Source: a virus (taxonomy: Duplodnaviria; Caudoviricetes). From it: DNA of 52,985 nt. The notes under the pieces are model-generated. The model was not told the origin of the DNA. It ran no database searches and saw nothing but the letters and a program-made list of their open reading frames with translations. This document shows positions 25,483 to 34,790 of this stretch, in pieces. The stretch covers positions 1 to 52,985 of the IMG/VR virus record IMGVR_UViG_3300036790_000826; one strand, given 5' to 3'. Made by a program: the position numbers and the translations under genes. The stretch's first letter is position 1. Each line of letters begins with the position of its first letter.

Positions 25483-25910
25483 AATCCACACCCCGCACCT
25501 CACTCACGTTCCCGGTCCTGGTCGTCATCGCGGCGATCGTCGCGTGCTTCGGTCTCTCGGCCTGCACGAACACGGTTCACCAGGCGCCGGTCCCCAGCAC
25601 GCAGCCGAGCTTCGACGGCGATGTCCAGGACTCCGGTATCGTCGCAGATCTCCCTGATGGAAGCTACGTCGTCACGGCCAGCTTCCTCGCTCGGTACAAT
25701 AGGCTCATCGCGACCTATGGGAACGCGAAGACGGCGGACGGTAGCCCGATCTTCACGCCCGCCTTGGCCGCCAATGCCGGCGTCGAGCCATTGAACCCGG
25801 CCACGATACTGACGCTCTATCAGGGCCGCGGCGCCTATATCATGACGGCCGAGGCGATGGACAACATGGTCGTGTTGTCGCGCCTCAAAAAGCGGGGCTT
25901 CAAGCCATGA
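25479..25910 (+). CDS. o-spanin-like lipoprotein
   Basis: Lipobox LSA-C after a hydrophobic stretch; lysis-cassette position. Confidence 0.5.
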   Translation: MKSTPRTSLTFPVLVVIAAIVACFGLSACTNTVHQAPVPSTQPSFDGDVQDSGIVADLPDGSYVVTASFLARYNRLIATYGNAKTADGSPIFTPALAANAGVEPLNPATILTLYQGRGAYIMTAEAMDNMVVLSRLKKRGFKP

Positions 25911-26320
25911 CATGCCTGCTCGCGGAAGCCGAACCGAGCCTGTCGGGCACATCGTTCTACGGTGTCCTCGTTGGCATCGGCGTGGTTGCCGCGCTCGCGC
26001 TGGCGATCTTCCAGCTCACCAGGATGGCCTCGGGCACGGACGGCCAGAGGCAGATCGAGCCGACTGCGATCGCGGCCATCCAGGCCGAACTGAAGGAGTT
26101 CGGGCGCACGCTTACCGAGCTGTCGACGAAGATGGGCGGCATGTCGGCCAGCGTGGATGCCTTGAAGGATTCGGTCACCGAGGTCCGCGGCACCCACCGC
26201 GATGATATTGAGGGAGTTCATACTCGGCTTAGCGGAATCAGTCGCGAGCTCGCTGGTACTACTGCACGCCTCGAAAGCTCTGAGCAAAGGCAGAGGCAAA
26301 GGTTCGCCGACCGTGAGTAG
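25907..26320 (+). CDS. Membrane-anchored coiled-coil protein (Mu gp25-like position)
   Basis: N-terminal TM segment followed by a coiled coil; precedes the gp26/terS-like genes. Confidence 0.6.
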   Translation: MTCLLAEAEPSLSGTSFYGVLVGIGVVAALALAIFQLTRMASGTDGQRQIEPTAIAAIQAELKEFGRTLTELSTKMGGMSASVDALKDSVTEVRGTHRDDIEGVHTRLSGISRELAGTTARLESSEQRQRQRFADRE

Positions 26321-26570
26321 CCGCCAGCTCAAGATTCGGTGGGCGCTCCTGCGGACCCTCTCGCTTTTGCCGGACGGGATCATGCACACGGACGAGATGC
26401 TGAAGATCGAGGCGGCGCGCCTCGTCATTCCCCGTCCCACGGACGCCGAGCTGCGCGAGCAGACGGGCGCGGCGGACGCCGCGCTCCAGATCACCGGCAT
26501 CGTCGGTGACGACGGCCTCAAGTGGAAGCTCGCCGACGCGGGCCGCGCCTGGCTCGCCGAGCACCCATGA
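26313..26570 (+). CDS. Mu gp26-like winged-helix protein
   Basis: GTG start at 26313; IRWALLRTL...WKLADAGRAWL pattern; synteny. Confidence 0.55.
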   Translation: MSSRQLKIRWALLRTLSLLPDGIMHTDEMLKIEAARLVIPRPTDAELREQTGAADAALQITGIVGDDGLKWKLADAGRAWLAEHP

Positions 26571-26776
26571 CCTCCACGCTGAACCCCGGACATCCGGAGA
26601 CACGCACACCCGTTAGATCGCTCCGCGGATCCCGGCCGGCGTGGACCTTTCGCGGCCTCGGCCGTCAACACCTAACCCTCCGGCCGGCATACCCGGTTAC
26701 CACGGACGGGGCGTCGCGGATCATCGACGCCCCTCTTGTGCCGGCCGGAGGTTCCCTTTCTGGAGGTTCGTGAACG

Positions 26777-27316
26777 ATGCCAAACAAGCCGCGGTCGGAC
26801 TCGGTCCTGGACTCGCTGAATCCCGAGATGAAGTCGCAGCTCGTGGAGTGGCTCGTCCAGGACAACCTGTCGTACAAGGACGCCAAGGCCCGGCTCGCCG
26901 AGGACTTCAACATCAAGACCTCGGTCGGCGCGCTCTCGCGGTTCTATGCGCTGCACTGCTTTGCCTTCCGGTCCTCAGAGGCGAAGGAATTTGCGGAGAA
27001 GGTCGTGGCGGACCTGCAGGAGGGAGCGCCGCAGTTCGACCAGGCGACGCTGGCGCTGGTGAAACAGAAAGCCTTCGAGCGTGCCTACGCACGGAACGGC
27101 AATCTGAAGGAGCTGCTGGCCCTCTCGAAGATCATCGGCGACTCGGCGAAGTTGACGCTGAAGAAGCGGGACCAGGAGCTGGCCGAGCGCAGGATCATCA
27201 TCCTGGAGGCGAAGGCGGATCTCGCCGACAAGGCGACGGGCATCGCCAAGGACGGTCAGCTTTCGGACGAGGAGAAGGGCGCGAGGCTGCGCGGCTTGTT
27301 CGGCATGGGCGGCTAA
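26777..27316 (+). CDS. terS: Terminase small subunit (Mu gp27/DUF3486-like)
   Basis: SVLDSL.PE...L..WL...SY...S..ALSRFY pattern; TAATG-coupled to terL. Confidence 0.7.
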   Translation: MPNKPRSDSVLDSLNPEMKSQLVEWLVQDNLSYKDAKARLAEDFNIKTSVGALSRFYALHCFAFRSSEAKEFAEKVVADLQEGAPQFDQATLALVKQKAFERAYARNGNLKELLALSKIIGDSAKLTLKKRDQELAERRIIILEAKADLADKATGIAKDGQLSDEEKGARLRGLFGMGG

Positions 27317-28863
27317 TGGCGAATCTCAGAAAAGACGCCCTGGAGCGCCTGCGTGTCCAGGTTGAGGCCGCAAGGGTCTCGGCTTCGGCAAACCCGCTTT
27401 GGAAGCTAGAGCTGCCCGAGCTGCGCTCGCTCGCGGCCGGCCACACCCTTGGAACGACGCGCAGTGGGTGGGTGAACCCTTATCCGAAGGACGACCCGCG
27501 CAGCCTTCTCCTGGAGTACCAGTTCGCCAATTTCCACGATCGCTCGCGGTTCAAGATCAGCCTCCAGGCCCGGCAGACTGGCAAGGATTTCACGAACGAA
27601 GGGGAGGCCGTCGAGGACTGCCAGGCCCGCGACGGAACAGAGTGGATGGTGGCCGCTCCATCCGAGCGCCAGGCGTTCGACTCCCTGGACCAGGGGAAGA
27701 TCTGGGCCGAAGCGTGGGGCCTCTATATCGATGACTTCAAGGTGGTCCGGGATGGCGATCAATCGCAGGCCCTTCTGAAGAGCGCAGAGATCATCTTCTC
27801 GAATAAGTCGAGGATCCGAGCGGTCCCTGGAAAGCCGGACACGGTGCGCGGCCGCAGCACGAACCTACTCCTCACCGAGTTTGATTTCTTCGAGAATCCG
27901 GCGGCGACCTGGAGGGCAGTCCTGCCCTCGATCACCAACCCGCTTCGCGGCGGAGAAAAGAAGGTGCGGCTCGCGACGACGCCGAATGGCAAAGGCGGGG
28001 CGGCTCACAAGATCTGGACCAAGCCTGACACCCCGCGCATGCGGTGGTCGCGGCATCTGGTGACAATTTACCACGCCGTGCTCATGGGACTGCCGATCGA
28101 CATCGAGCAGCTGCGCGAGGCGATGGACGATCCGGAGGGGTGGGCCCAGGAGGAGGAATGCCAGTTCCTCGACTCCTCACTCATCCTGTTGCCCTACGAC
28201 ATCATCGCTCTCGCGGAGAGCCTCGATGCCCATGAGTCGGCGGACGCCGCATTCTGGGAGGAGAAGAACGGCAACCCAGTGGTGATCGGGATAGACTTCG
28301 GCCGGACGAACGATCCGACCGTTCCCTGGACACTCGAGAAGGTGGGCGACGTATGGTGGACGCGGGAGGTCCTCGCGGAGCGCGGCATGTCGACGCCGGA
28401 CCAGGAGGAGATGCTGGCGAAGCGCATCGAGCGGTCGACCCGTGTCTGCTTCGACTACACCGGCCCGGGCATCGGGCTCGGTGATTACCTGGTCAGGAGG
28501 CATGGCCAGTGGGATCCCGCGAAGCACAAGTTCGGGAAGATAGAGCTCTGCACGTTCACGGCGGGCTTTAAGCGCGAGATCTTCCCCAAGCTGCGCCGCG
28601 CCTTCGAGTCGCCGGTCAAGATCCGCATCCCGGTTTCTATCGCGGTCCGGGAGGACCTGCATGCCTATCTCCAGATCGTCCACAAGGGCGAGTACACCTA
28701 CTCAGCGCCCAGGACCGATGAAGGCCACAGCGATCGCTGCACGGCCCTTGCACTGGCATATCGGGCAACGAGCATGGCGGACGGCGTCTTCGTCATGCCG
28801 GGCACCGGCAGCAAAACCCGCGAGCGCAGCCGCTCCCGCCATGACCGGGAGGTTTCGACGTGA
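27316..28863 (+). CDS. terL: Terminase large subunit (Mu gp28-like)
   Basis: ARQTGKDF Walker A, LLLTEFDF Walker B variant, TTPNG, IGIDFGR, FDYTGPG and GHSDR nuclease motifs; start ATG 27316. Confidence 0.9.
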   Translation: MANLRKDALERLRVQVEAARVSASANPLWKLELPELRSLAAGHTLGTTRSGWVNPYPKDDPRSLLLEYQFANFHDRSRFKISLQARQTGKDFTNEGEAVEDCQARDGTEWMVAAPSERQAFDSLDQGKIWAEAWGLYIDDFKVVRDGDQSQALLKSAEIIFSNKSRIRAVPGKPDTVRGRSTNLLLTEFDFFENPAATWRAVLPSITNPLRGGEKKVRLATTPNGKGGAAHKIWTKPDTPRMRWSRHLVTIYHAVLMGLPIDIEQLREAMDDPEGWAQEEECQFLDSSLILLPYDIIALAESLDAHESADAAFWEEKNGNPVVIGIDFGRTNDPTVPWTLEKVGDVWWTREVLAERGMSTPDQEEMLAKRIERSTRVCFDYTGPGIGLGDYLVRRHGQWDPAKHKFGKIELCTFTAGFKREIFPKLRRAFESPVKIRIPVSIAVREDLHAYLQIVHKGEYTYSAPRTDEGHSDRCTALALAYRATSMADGVFVMPGTGSKTRERSRSRHDREVST

Positions 28864-30587
28864 AGCCTGCCGCGAAAGCCAAACAGCGCGCGCCCAAGGC
28901 GCCCCCGATCACCACGAGCGCCGCCAGGGAAGAGAAGCCGGCGGACGCGCTCGCGGTGACCGGCGCCAGCGACCTGCCGGGCCTCGCGGCGTCCGGGGGC
29001 GTTTCGCTCACGAGGCGGATCGCCGCCATAAGCCGGTGGCGGGAGAACTACAATCCGCTGCGGGGCCTCTCGTTTCAGCGGGCCGTCTACATGGCCGAGT
29101 CCTATCCGCGAGGCTGGATGGCGGATCTCCAGTGGGTCTACTTCTTCATCGAGCAGACGGACGAGGATCTCTTCGCCCTTTGCGACAGGCGCACGAGCCG
29201 GCTCCTGGAGATGGACTACTCGGCCGTAAAGAAGAAGGACGCCGATGAAGGTCTCGCAAAGGAGCAGGCGGCGTTCCTGGAGGAGCGCTTCGACAAGATC
29301 GATAACCTCTATGAGGCGATCGAGCACCTCGCGATGGCCTCGTTCCGCGGCTACTCCCACTGCGAGAAATGGTATAACGACCAGGGCGAGCTCAGTCACC
29401 TGGAGGTGGTCGACCAGTGGAACTGCGTGCGCGACGGATTGAAGGGCGGTTGGAAGTACAATCCCCAGGCGCTGCAGACGTCCTACTTCGCCCTGGACGA
29501 CGCCCTGGTCATGCCGATCGAGAACTTCCTCTATCGCGACACGCGCCGGCACATCAACCGGATCGCCCTCTTCAAGTTCCTGCGCCAGTCGCTTGCCAAC
29601 AAGGACTGGGACGCCTTCGTGGAGATCTACGGCATTCCCTCCGGCGTCATCACCGGGCCCCCGAATATCCCGACCGACAAGGCCGCCGACTTCGAGGCGG
29701 CCGCCCGTGAGATTTCCGAAGGCGGCAGCGGATTCCTCCCGCACGGCTCTGAGTACAAGCCGAACAACGCGCCGCGGGGAACCTCTCCCTTCAAGGAGCG
29801 CCTGGAATACCTGTCCGAGAAGCTGATCCTCGCTGGGACCGGCGGCATGCTGACGATGCTCGCCCGTTCCGGGAGCGGCACGCTCGCCGGGGGCGCCCAC
29901 ACGGACGTCTTTGAGCAGATCGCCAAGGCGGAGGCCCGCAAGATCTCGGAGCTCATCAATGAGCAGCTCGCCGTCGAATGGCTCGATCGGCAGTTCCCGG
30001 GCAAGCCGCATGCCGCCTATTTCGCACTCTCGGCAAACGAGGAGACCAAGGTGGGCGAGATCGTCGCCCACATAACCGGCCTCGCGGCCGCCGGCTACCA
30101 GGTGGACGCGGAGGAGGTATCCGAGCGGACCGGCTACACGGTTAAGTTGAGGGCCTCGCCGGCCGACGCCGATGGAGAGGATCCGATCGACCCCGCCGCC
30201 GGCGGCCTGGATGGAAAGAACTCCGATCCGGAGTCGGGCGACCCTCCGAGTGTCGAGAACCGGCGCCTGCGAATCTACCGGCGCATGATTCGCAATTCCG
30301 TCAGGCGCCAGGTGGACGCCGGGGATGCGGTCTTCACCCGCAACGCCGTCCGCAAGCTCACCAAGGCCCAGACTGAGGCCGTCCAGCCCATGCTGGACCG
30401 TGTAGCAGCCTTCAAGGAGCTGCCGGCCGACCAGCTCGCAGGCGCCCTGGTCAAGTTTCGCACCGACATTCCCCGGCTTCATGCCGAGGCCCGGCTGCAT
30501 GCCCCGGACATCGACGACGTTTGGGACCAGGTGCTCGGGACCGCCATGGTCGACGGCCTCGCCGACATGCCCTCAAAAGCCGCCTAA
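28860..30587 (+). CDS. Portal protein (Mu gp29/DUF935-like)
   Basis: WDAFVEIYGIP, ILAGTGGMLT and AGGAHTDVF motifs; follows terL. Confidence 0.88.
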   Translation: MKPAAKAKQRAPKAPPITTSAAREEKPADALAVTGASDLPGLAASGGVSLTRRIAAISRWRENYNPLRGLSFQRAVYMAESYPRGWMADLQWVYFFIEQTDEDLFALCDRRTSRLLEMDYSAVKKKDADEGLAKEQAAFLEERFDKIDNLYEAIEHLAMASFRGYSHCEKWYNDQGELSHLEVVDQWNCVRDGLKGGWKYNPQALQTSYFALDDALVMPIENFLYRDTRRHINRIALFKFLRQSLANKDWDAFVEIYGIPSGVITGPPNIPTDKAADFEAAAREISEGGSGFLPHGSEYKPNNAPRGTSPFKERLEYLSEKLILAGTGGMLTMLARSGSGTLAGGAHTDVFEQIAKAEARKISELINEQLAVEWLDRQFPGKPHAAYFALSANEETKVGEIVAHITGLAAAGYQVDAEEVSERTGYTVKLRASPADADGEDPIDPAAGGLDGKNSDPESGDPPSVENRRLRIYRRMIRNSVRRQVDAGDAVFTRNAVRKLTKAQTEAVQPMLDRVAAFKELPADQLAGALVKFRTDIPRLHAEARLHAPDIDDVWDQVLGTAMVDGLADMPSKAA

Positions 30588-30742
30588 GCGATGCCTAATT
30601 TCCAGACCAAGGCCGAAAACCGGCCATTTCAACGCCACGGGCAAAAGTCGGCCTGGTGCGTCCCGTCCCCCCACTTTTCAACCCGGCGGGCGCCTGAAGG
30701 CGTTGCAAGGGCTGCAAGAGGCCGTTTTGCGGCTCCGATTTC

Positions 30743-31786
30743 ATGAACGCACTCATTCTAAACCGCCAAAGCAAGCTGCCTGAAGACGGCTGGCACCAAT
30801 TCGAGGTGCCTGGGGAGCACGTCAACCATGACTCCAAGGTGGTCCAGGTCATCGACGAAAAGGCGGTCACCTCGATCCTGAACCGCTTCAACCAGGAGCG
30901 CGAGGCGTCCGGTGACAACTTCGGCGGCCTTCTGGTCGACAAGGATCACTTCAGCCTTGATGCCGAACAGACGAGCGAAGCCATGGGCTGGGCGATGGAG
31001 CTGCGCAACCGCGCCGGCGTTCCGGAGGCCAAGGTCAGCTGGACGGCCGTCGGACGCCCGCTAATCGAGAGCAAGCCGGACCAGCCGCCGGCCTATAAGT
31101 ATTTCTCGACCGTCTATGACGGCACCGACTGCGAGGTCATCGGCAACCGTCAGATCGGCGGCAAGCCCTACAAGGTCGTCCGGCCGCTGCGCCTGGACCG
31201 CCTGGCGCTCACCAACGACCCGAACAACAAGGGCGGCAAACCCATTTCGAACCGACAAACCGCGGCGACCGCGGATCGGACAGAAAAACCAAACGCATCC
31301 ACCATGAAGTCAGTCCTCAAGCTCCTGGGCTTGGCGGAAGACGCCTCCGAGGAATCGGCCGTCGCCGCAGTCCAGAAGATCACGAACCGCGCCGGCCTAG
31401 TCGACGCGCTCACCACGGAGCGCGATACGCTCCTCACTGCCCAGGTCGAAAGCGACCTGGATAAGTACAAGGCGGTCATCAAAAACCGCGACGCTTTCAA
31501 GAAGCAGCTCCTCGCCAACCGGACGAGCACGCTTGAGCTCCTTGAGGGCCTGCAGACCGCCGCGCCGGTCGAGCAGAAGGATCGGGTCACGAACCGCTCG
31601 ACGGCGAAGACGCCCGCGGAGGTCGAGGCCGATAAGGCGAAGGCCAAGGGTGCCGAGGCGCTCGGACAGAAGATACAGAACCGCGCCCACGCGATTCAGA
31701 AGGAGAAGAGCAAGGGGAGCCGGACCTACCCCTGGACGAACGCATTCAACGAGGCCAGCGCCGAGCTGAGCAGCGACGCGAAGTAA
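30743..31786 (+). CDS. Mu I-like prohead protease with C-terminal scaffold (probable internal start at 31304)
   Basis: LLVDKDH, AMGW, V.WT..G...I, YKYFS and LALTNDP Mu protease I motifs; MKSVLKLLGLAEDASEE is a typical scaffold start. Confidence 0.85.
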   Translation: MNALILNRQSKLPEDGWHQFEVPGEHVNHDSKVVQVIDEKAVTSILNRFNQEREASGDNFGGLLVDKDHFSLDAEQTSEAMGWAMELRNRAGVPEAKVSWTAVGRPLIESKPDQPPAYKYFSTVYDGTDCEVIGNRQIGGKPYKVVRPLRLDRLALTNDPNNKGGKPISNRQTAATADRTEKPNASTMKSVLKLLGLAEDASEESAVAAVQKITNRAGLVDALTTERDTLLTAQVESDLDKYKAVIKNRDAFKKQLLANRTSTLELLEGLQTAAPVEQKDRVTNRSTAKTPAEVEADKAKAKGAEALGQKIQNRAHAIQKEKSKGSRTYPWTNAFNEASAELSSDAK

Positions 31787-31836
31787 CCGGCCCAGAAACC
31801 ACGAACCCAATCCGATAGCTCAAACTCGCAGATAAA

Positions 31837-32442
31837 ATGGAAACAACCCAATCAAATACGGTCATCGGCAGCCGCCAGGTCATCGCGGCCGAGGGCCTCT
31901 ACGGAAATGAGGGCAAGCTCATTGTCCTCTACTCCAACGCAGGCGTACCGACGGTACGGATGCCGAATGCCACCACGGACATTCCGACGTACCTGCTGAT
32001 CGACGACGGCCTGCCGCAGAACGCGGTCGACAACGGCGGCCAGTACGTCGACGGCCTGCCGCTCTCGCCCGATCGCAACGAGCGGATCACCTGCTACGGA
32101 GCGGGCGCCGCGGGCACGATCCTCGTCATGGCCGATCCCACGGCCAATGGGGGCGCCCAGGCAGGCATGGTGACGGCCCTTCCGGCCGGCGCCGGCAAGT
32201 ACGTCCAGATCGGCGTCGCCGAGGAGGACTTCGTTGACGGTCAGCTGGTGCTCCTGCGCCCCGAGCTGAAGAGCATCATCGTCTCGACGGCGGTCGCCGC
32301 GCCCGCGGCCCTCACGTCGGCGCAGATCGGTGCGGCTCCCACGGAGGCGAACTTCAACGCGCTGCAGGCCGATGTCGCCGCTCTCCTGGCGACCGTCGCC
32401 GCGCTGCGCGCCGCCCTCGCCACGAACGGACAGGTCCACTGA
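31837..32442 (+). CDS. Capsid decoration/cement-like protein
   Basis: Between scaffold and major capsid genes; Gly/Ala-rich beta domain (IGVAEED..DGQLV) plus a C-terminal coiled coil. Confidence 0.55.
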   Translation: METTQSNTVIGSRQVIAAEGLYGNEGKLIVLYSNAGVPTVRMPNATTDIPTYLLIDDGLPQNAVDNGGQYVDGLPLSPDRNERITCYGAGAAGTILVMADPTANGGAQAGMVTALPAGAGKYVQIGVAEEDFVDGQLVLLRPELKSIIVSTAVAAPAALTSAQIGAAPTEANFNALQADVAALLATVAALRAALATNGQVH

Positions 32443-32492
32443 TCCGCCGCCCCTCATCCCGAAACAACAGACCAACTCAGTAGCTCTCTACC

Positions 32493-33431
32493 ATGTCACA
32501 ACTCGGAGCAATCACCGCAGACCCAATGCTGCGGAACTTCGCGCAGGGGGCGGCCCAGTCCGCCACCCGCGCCATCGCGAACTTCCTCGCGCCAACGGTC
32601 CCTGTCCCGACCCTCATCGGCCGGTACAAGGAGTACACCGCCAAGAACCGCTTCAAGGTCCCGAACACCCGGCGCGCGCCGGGCGGCAGGGCCACCCGGA
32701 TCGGTTTCACCGCGGACGACAAGTCCTACGACTGCTCGCCGCACGCCCTCGACTTCCCGATCGACGATCTGGAAAAGATCGAGGCGGCGCAGCTGATGAT
32801 GATCGCGCAATATGGCGCGACGCTCATCGCCGACGTGGCGACGCTCGACCATGAGATCAACGTGGTCGACACGGCGCTCGCGGCGCTCGGTGCCGGCACG
32901 AACGTCGACTTCACCAACGCCGGGACCGACCCGGTCGCGGTCCTGGACGGCTACATCCGCGCGATGATGCTGGCCTCGAAGAACGGCGCGCCGATCAAGG
33001 TGCTGGTCGGAGCCGGCGCTTGGCTGGACATCAAGAACAACGCGAACTTCGTCAAGAGGTTCATCGTGGGCAACGGTCGCGGCGGCGGCGCTGTCGGCCT
33101 CGCGAGCCCGCAGATCGAGGACCTCTCGTCGCTGCTCTTTGGCGCCCCCGCGTGCCAGATGGCGACGCTCGTCCAGGACACGGCCGCCGAGGGCCTGGCG
33201 GAGAACATGAGCTTCGTCCTGGACAAGGACGTCATCGTGTTCGCGAGCCAGGACACCCCCACGACGCTCGATCCGTCGTTCATGAAGACATTCCGGCTCG
33301 CGGGCCAGTGGATGGTCCCCGGCTCCTACATCCCCGAGGACGGCCGCGGGGAGGTCCTGAAGATGGATTGGTCCGAGGACATCCGGGTCACGAACGCGCC
33401 CGCCGCGGTTCGCCTGCATCAGAACGTCTGA
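32493..33431 (+). CDS. Major capsid protein
   Basis: IANFLAPTVPV...GRYK, TRRAPGG and PSFMKTF motifs; size and position. Confidence 0.8.
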   Translation: MSQLGAITADPMLRNFAQGAAQSATRAIANFLAPTVPVPTLIGRYKEYTAKNRFKVPNTRRAPGGRATRIGFTADDKSYDCSPHALDFPIDDLEKIEAAQLMMIAQYGATLIADVATLDHEINVVDTALAALGAGTNVDFTNAGTDPVAVLDGYIRAMMLASKNGAPIKVLVGAGAWLDIKNNANFVKRFIVGNGRGGGAVGLASPQIEDLSSLLFGAPACQMATLVQDTAAEGLAENMSFVLDKDVIVFASQDTPTTLDPSFMKTFRLAGQWMVPGSYIPEDGRGEVLKMDWSEDIRVTNAPAAVRLHQNV

Positions 33432-33450
33432 TCCGCCTAGGAAGTTCTTC

Positions 33451-33478
33451 GAGCGCCGGCCGATGGCGGCCGGCGCTC
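33451..33478 (+). other. GC hairpin after the capsid gene (mRNA stability or attenuation)
   Basis: GAGCGCCGGCCG-ATGG-CGGCCGGCGCTC; no T-tract. Confidence 0.5.
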
Positions 33479-33497
33479 CATAGAGCAGCCAAGCCAT

Positions 33498-33956
33498 ATG
33501 TCCAACTGGGTCACAGTCACCACCGACAACCTGAACGCCTCCAGCGTCTCGGGGAAGGTCGCGATCATTCGGCAGATCGCGACTAACAAGGGCATGCCCG
33601 ATCCGGCGCCGGCCGCGATTGCCACGATCACGGGCGAGCTGCGCGCCGTGGTGGGCTTCTCGGGCAAGTACGCTCTCGATACGGTCCTCACCGCTATCCC
33701 GGGCGGCCTCCTCGACTTCGCAGTAAAGAAGATCGTCCGTGATATGTCGAAGACGGTCGGGATCCAGCTGACCGAGGACGAGCGGACCGACGAGAAGGTC
33801 TACGAGGCGCGGGTGGACAAGATCCGGCTCGGCGACTGGCCGATCGATCTGCCTGACAACGCTCTCATCATCGCGCCCGTCCAGGCGTCGACTGTCGTTC
33901 CGAGCATCGGGCGTCGCCGCCGTCGCTTCACACATCGGCACGAGGAGGGATCGTAA
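33498..33956 (+). CDS. Head-tail adaptor (Mu gp36-like)
   Basis: IP..L......IV, LTEDER....YE.R...I..G pattern; follows the capsid gene. Confidence 0.6.
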   Translation: MSNWVTVTTDNLNASSVSGKVAIIRQIATNKGMPDPAPAAIATITGELRAVVGFSGKYALDTVLTAIPGGLLDFAVKKIVRDMSKTVGIQLTEDERTDEKVYEARVDKIRLGDWPIDLPDNALIIAPVQASTVVPSIGRRRRRFTHRHEEGS

Positions 33957-33959
33957 GCC

Positions 33960-34790
33960 ATGTTCGACCAACCTGAAGACGCTCACCTTCCGCCGGCGCG
34001 GCCTGTCATTAGCTGGCCGGGCGGCAAGGGCCGCATGCTGAAGCATCTTCTGCCGCTCATCCCGGCCCACACCTGCTACGTCGAGCCGTTCTTTGGCGGC
34101 GGGGCGCTCTTCTTTGCGAAACCCCAGAGCCACCATGAGGTGATCAACGACATCAACAACGACCTGGTGTCGTTCATGCGGAATGCCCGGCTTCACCTGG
34201 ACGCTCTTCTCGACGAGACGGACCTGGTCCTCAACTCGCGCAAGGAATTTGAGGACTACCTGGAGCAGGCCGGCCTCACTGAGATCCAGCGCGCGGCCCG
34301 CTGGTTCCTCAGAAATCGCCTGAGCTTCGGCGGCATGGGTCGCACCTTCGCCGTGACGCGCACGCACTCGCTCACATCCAGGGCGCAGCGCATCATCGCG
34401 ATCCGCTCGCTTTCGCGTCGCCTGGATCGCACAACGGTCGAGAACCGGGACTGGGCGAAGATCGTCGACCTCTACGACTTCGACGAGGCGTTCTTCTTCT
34501 TCGATCCGCCCTACCTGGACGGCGCCGGCGCGGCCTACGAGGGCTGGAGCGAGCTGGAACTCACGCGCTTCTGTCAGCGGATCCAGAAGCTCAAGGGCGC
34601 CTGGCTCGTAACATTCCAAGACTGCGAGCAGGTCCGCGACCTCCTGCCCGGTTACACGACCAAGGCCGTCGTGCGCGCGAACGGCATCGGCAACAACGGC
34701 CGCGTCAGGAGCGGCCGCGTTTACCGCGAGGTCATCATTTCGAGCGCCCGCGCGGCGGCCGGCCGCCAGCGAAAGGGGATGAGCGCATGA
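33960..34790 (+). CDS. Dam-family (D12 class) DNA adenine methyltransferase
   Basis: WPGGK, YVEPFFGGGALFF, EVINDIN, ENRD and FFDPPY. Confidence 0.92.
   Translation: MFDQPEDAHLPPARPVISWPGGKGRMLKHLLPLIPAHTCYVEPFFGGGALFFAKPQSHHEVINDINNDLVSFMRNARLHLDALLDETDLVLNSRKEFEDYLEQAGLTEIQRAARWFLRNRLSFGGMGRTFAVTRTHSLTSRAQRIIAIRSLSRRLDRTTVENRDWAKIVDLYDFDEAFFFFDPPYLDGAGAAYEGWSELELTRFCQRIQKLKGAWLVTFQDCEQVRDLLPGYTTKAVVRANGIGNNGRVRSGRVYREVIISSARAAAGRQRKGMSA

Noticed and set aside
26567-26773. 68-aa ORF before terS
   Set aside because: Coupled start but low-complexity and no motif; cannot support it as a gene.
26641-27315. 225-aa N-terminal extension of terminase large subunit in the ORF track
   Set aside because: Overlaps the terS gene in another frame; ATG 27316 is coupled to the terS stop.
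28698-34619. Long minus-strand ORFs (600 aa at 28698-30500, 707 aa at 32496-34619)
   Set aside because: Antisense shadows of high-GC, codon-biased portal, capsid and MTase genes, with no motifs.
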